A DNA stretch of 64,000 bases. It comes from Octopus bimaculoides. Lineage: Eukaryota. The DNA lies in assembly GCF_001194135.2 (NCBI RefSeq), contig NC_068995.1, forward strand, positions 32,535,574 to 32,599,573, read 5' to 3'. The notes beneath the pieces were generated by a model. It worked only from the letters and a program-made list of their open reading frames with translations. It searched no databases and had not been told where the DNA came from. Of this stretch, positions 61,121 through 64,000 are shown piece after piece (the first letter of the stretch is position 1; each line of letters opens with the position of its first letter). The translations under genes were made by a program, and so were the position numbers.

Positions 61121-63212
61121 CAGGTGATACACGAAAGAGTCATACCCAATAACTGGTGTAGCAGCACTATAGTCAACAGCTACAAAGGTAAAGATAATGC
61201 TTTAGATACAAATAATTAGAGGTATCAAGTTGTTGGATCAGGTAATGAAGGTCACAGAGAGGGTCATAACCCAACTAATTAGGGAGAGAGTCAGTTCAGA
61301 TGAGATGCAGTTTGGGTTCGTGCCAGGTAAAAGCACCACTGACGTTATATTTCTGGTAAGACAGTTGCAGGAGAAATACCTAGCCAAAGATAAACCTCTG
61401 TACCTGGCTTTCATTGACATGGAAAAAGCCTTTGACAGGGTCCCCCAATCCCTTATCTGGTGGTCAATGAGGAAACTTGGAATAGATGAATGGTTAGTGA
61501 GAGCTGTGTGAGCCATGTACAGGGACGCTGTCAGTAAGGTGAGGGTTGGCAATGAGTACAGTGAAGAATTCCGGGTAGAGGTAGGGGACCACCAAGGTTC
61601 AGTCCTCAGCCCCCTCCTATTTATCATAGTCCTCCAGGCAATAACAGAGGAATTCAAGACAGGATGCCCCTGGGAGCTCCTCTATGCTGATGACCTTGCC
61701 CTAATTTCTGAATCACTATCAGAACTAAAGGAGAAGTTTCAGGTGTGGAAGCAAGGATTAGAATCGAAAGGCCTTAGAGTCAACCTAGCTAAAACCAAAG
61801 CCCTAATAAATAGAAAGGCAGACAAACCACAAATCCCTTCAGGTAGATGGCCCTACTCGATCTGTAGAATTGGCGTAGGTAGAAACTTTATAAGATGTAC
61901 CCAGTGTAAGCTATGGACATATAAGAGGTGCAGCAATATCAAAGGAGGGCTAACTGGGAAGATAGTTTTTTTGTATGTGACACTGAAAATGTGCAGAGAA
62001 CAACTTCTGTCTCATTCCAGGGAAAAAAACTAGAAGTAGTTGATAGCTTCCGTTACCTAAGTGACCAAGTCAGTAGCGGGGGGGGTGCTCTGAAAGTGTA
62101 GCTGCTAGAATAAGAATAGCCTGGCCAAAGTTCAGAGAGCTCCTACCTCTGCTGGTGACAAAGGGCCTCTTGCTCAGAGTAAAAGGTAGACTGTATGACG
62201 CATGTGTACGAACAGCCATGCGACATGGCAGTGAAACATGGGCCGTGACTGCTGAGGACATGTGTAAGCTTGAAAGGAACGAAGCCAGTATTCTCCGATG
62301 GATGTGTAATGTCAGTGTGCATACTCAACAGAGTGTAAGTACCTTGAGAGAAAAGTTGGACCTAAGAAGCATCAGATGTGGTGTGCAAGAGAGACGACTG
62401 TGCTGGTATGGTCATCTGGCAAGAATGGATGAGGATAGCTGTGTGAAAAAGTGCTACACCCTAGTGGTTGAGGGATCCTGTGGAAGAGGTAGACCCAGGA
62501 AGACCTGGGATGAGGTGATGAAGCACGACTTTTGAACATTAGGCCTAACCGAGGCAATGACTAGTGACTGAGACCTTTGGAAATATGCTGTGCTTGAGAA
62601 GACCCGGCAAGCCAAGTGAGACCATAACCAGTGACCTCTGCCAGGGGTGTAACCAGCCCACTTACGCATACCTTTCTTTCATTAGACACTAAACTCTGCT
62701 TGCGAAGACCTGTTGAAGCAAGTGTAAACGAAATCGAAATCAAATTCGATGACAGCACCACATGACTGGCATCCGTGCTAGTGGAGGAGCACTAAGGGAA
62801 CCATCCGAGCGTGATCGTTGCCAGAGTAGCTAACTGGCTTCCATGCCAGTGGCATGTAAAAAGCACCATTCAAGTATGATCGTTACCAACATCGCCCAAC
62901 TGGCACATGAAAAAATTATTCGAGCGAGGTCATTGCCAGTGCCGCTGGACTGGCTCCTGTGCAGGTAGCACGTAAAAAACACATTTGAGCGTGGCCGTTG
63001 CCAATACCACCTGACTGGCCCTCGTGCCGGTGGCACGTAAAAGCACCCACTACACTCTCAGAGTGGTTGGCGTTAGGAAGGGCATCCAGCTGTAGAAACT
63101 CTGCCAGATCAGATTGGAGCCTAGTGCAGCCATCTGGTTTGCCAGTCCTCAGTCAAATTTTCCAACCCATGCCAGCATGGAAAGTGGATGTTAAACGATG
63201 ATGATGATGATA
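61121..63212 (+). mobile_element. 5'-truncated RTE-clade LINE: RT, thumb, repetitive 3'UTR and (GAT)n tail; inactivated
   Basis: QFGFVPGKSTTD, AFIDMEKAFDRVP, HQGSVLSPLLF, LLYADDL (about 61683), HGSETW, RRLCWYGHLARM. In-frame TGA at about 61509 and a deletion/frameshift near 61980. Confidence 0.96.
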
Positions 63213-63583
63213 ACAAAGAATGTAGTAAAATAACTTAGTTATCATTCAGTTAGTGTTAGGAACATAAATTGTGACTAAGGTTTGGTGGAAGATTTTAATT
63301 CAAGCCTTATAAAAACAAGACATTTGTACTCAAAGCCAGAGCTGGTTTCAGCCGGGTTGGTAACGAAAGGGTTAATACATTAAATTTAAAACTAAACTTA
63401 GACATTTTCTATGAAAGAAAGAAAGGGTTTAATTTGAAAGTGAGTGGGTTAATGATCCTACAGTCTCTACTGAAATGCAAATGTTTTTAAAATATATATT
63501 CTTTAACTGCAAAAGGTGAATGTCAATTTGGTCACAGATCTGTTCAGTCAGGGCTAACTTGAAGCTAAACAACATCAACTTAC

Positions 63584-63663
63584 TTTGTCTGAAAGTTGGT
63601 AAGAATTGGAACGACTATTGAGAGCTGCTTCAACATACTTTAGTCTATTCTTTTCAAGTCGAA
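63584..63663 (-). CDS. NBAS: NBAS exon (window exon 1, 80 nt): (V)RLEKNRLKYVEAALNSRSNSYQLSDK
   Basis: Acceptor ttcttgcag, donor gtaagt. Matches NBAS VRLCPDRISLIKECISQSPTCYKQSTK. Confidence 0.9.
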
Positions 63664-64000
63664 CTGCAAGAAGAAGACAGTTTTCCTTTAGCATGCCACT
63701 TATTTATATAGAATACATTTTAAGAACATTTTAAGATTGTTAATATGTGTTTGTGGATAGTTTGTGAATTAGAAAAGAGAATCAGTATTCATTTAAGATT
63801 TTTAATTATTACATCAAAGATCAAATTATGTGACCAATTTGCTATTGATCATTTACATTATTCATTATGGGACTGAATTCTTCTGTATAACACAATATCT
63901 CTCATTAAATTAACTCTGCTGTGATATATATTTTAAGTCTTTATATCATATCTGTGAGTGTATAATTCTTCCTGCTTATATGTATGTGTGAACACACATG

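Larger units (their letters stand above)
10507..63663 (-). other. NBAS: NBAS gene, 3' portion (24 coding exons in window; 5' exons lie beyond 64000)
   Basis: Spliced translation aligns by eye, in order, with the C-terminal half of vertebrate NBAS as I recall it (e.g. VRLEKNRLKYV..LLQLARLL, ACHPFY, LGLAYLLALP, GVDIQRFTED..YKHETILGLA, WEVYMTHLEFLF, YVYPFIDGQDHSRLTYYYSLL, EAGLVLLKSHGTHPMFQTFEAAL). All 23 introns are GT-AG with compatible phases. Confidence 0.96.

Noticed and set aside
10507-63663. KNTC1/Rod as the gene identity
   Set aside because: It is a Sec39-fold relative, but the exon motifs and C-terminus match NBAS specifically.

Overview
Eukaryotic, AT-rich, repeat-dense draft-assembly sequence with six N gaps. 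The SINE, RTE-LINE and microsatellite complement points to an octopus (coleoid cephalopod); the species is inferred, not proven. The main feature is the 3' part of NBAS (neuroblastoma-amplified sequence, Sec39/NRZ tethering subunit and ER-NMD factor) on the minus strand. I traced 24 GT-AG exons from 63663 to the TGA stop at 10507-10509. All phases join without a frameshift (3404 nt, about 1133 aa). The gene's 5' part lies beyond the window. The introns and the 3' flank are filled with decayed mobile elements: three tRNA-derived SINE families, RTE and CR1/L2 LINEs, two Ty3/Gypsy elements, mariner/Tc1, Helitron, piggyBac- and hAT-like MITEs, and Penelope-like elements. The strongest non-obvious signal is four minimal hammerhead-ribozyme motifs in Penelope-like ends. 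This is a known class, and these copies are partly decayed. Other leads are a possible convergent plus-strand gene end, possible NMD-coupled splice features in NBAS, inverted repeats around exons (candidate ADAR or circRNA substrates), and a PHD-like finger inside an RTE ORF. I found no prokaryotic-type system and no CRISPR array, and I cannot claim a proven novel system.
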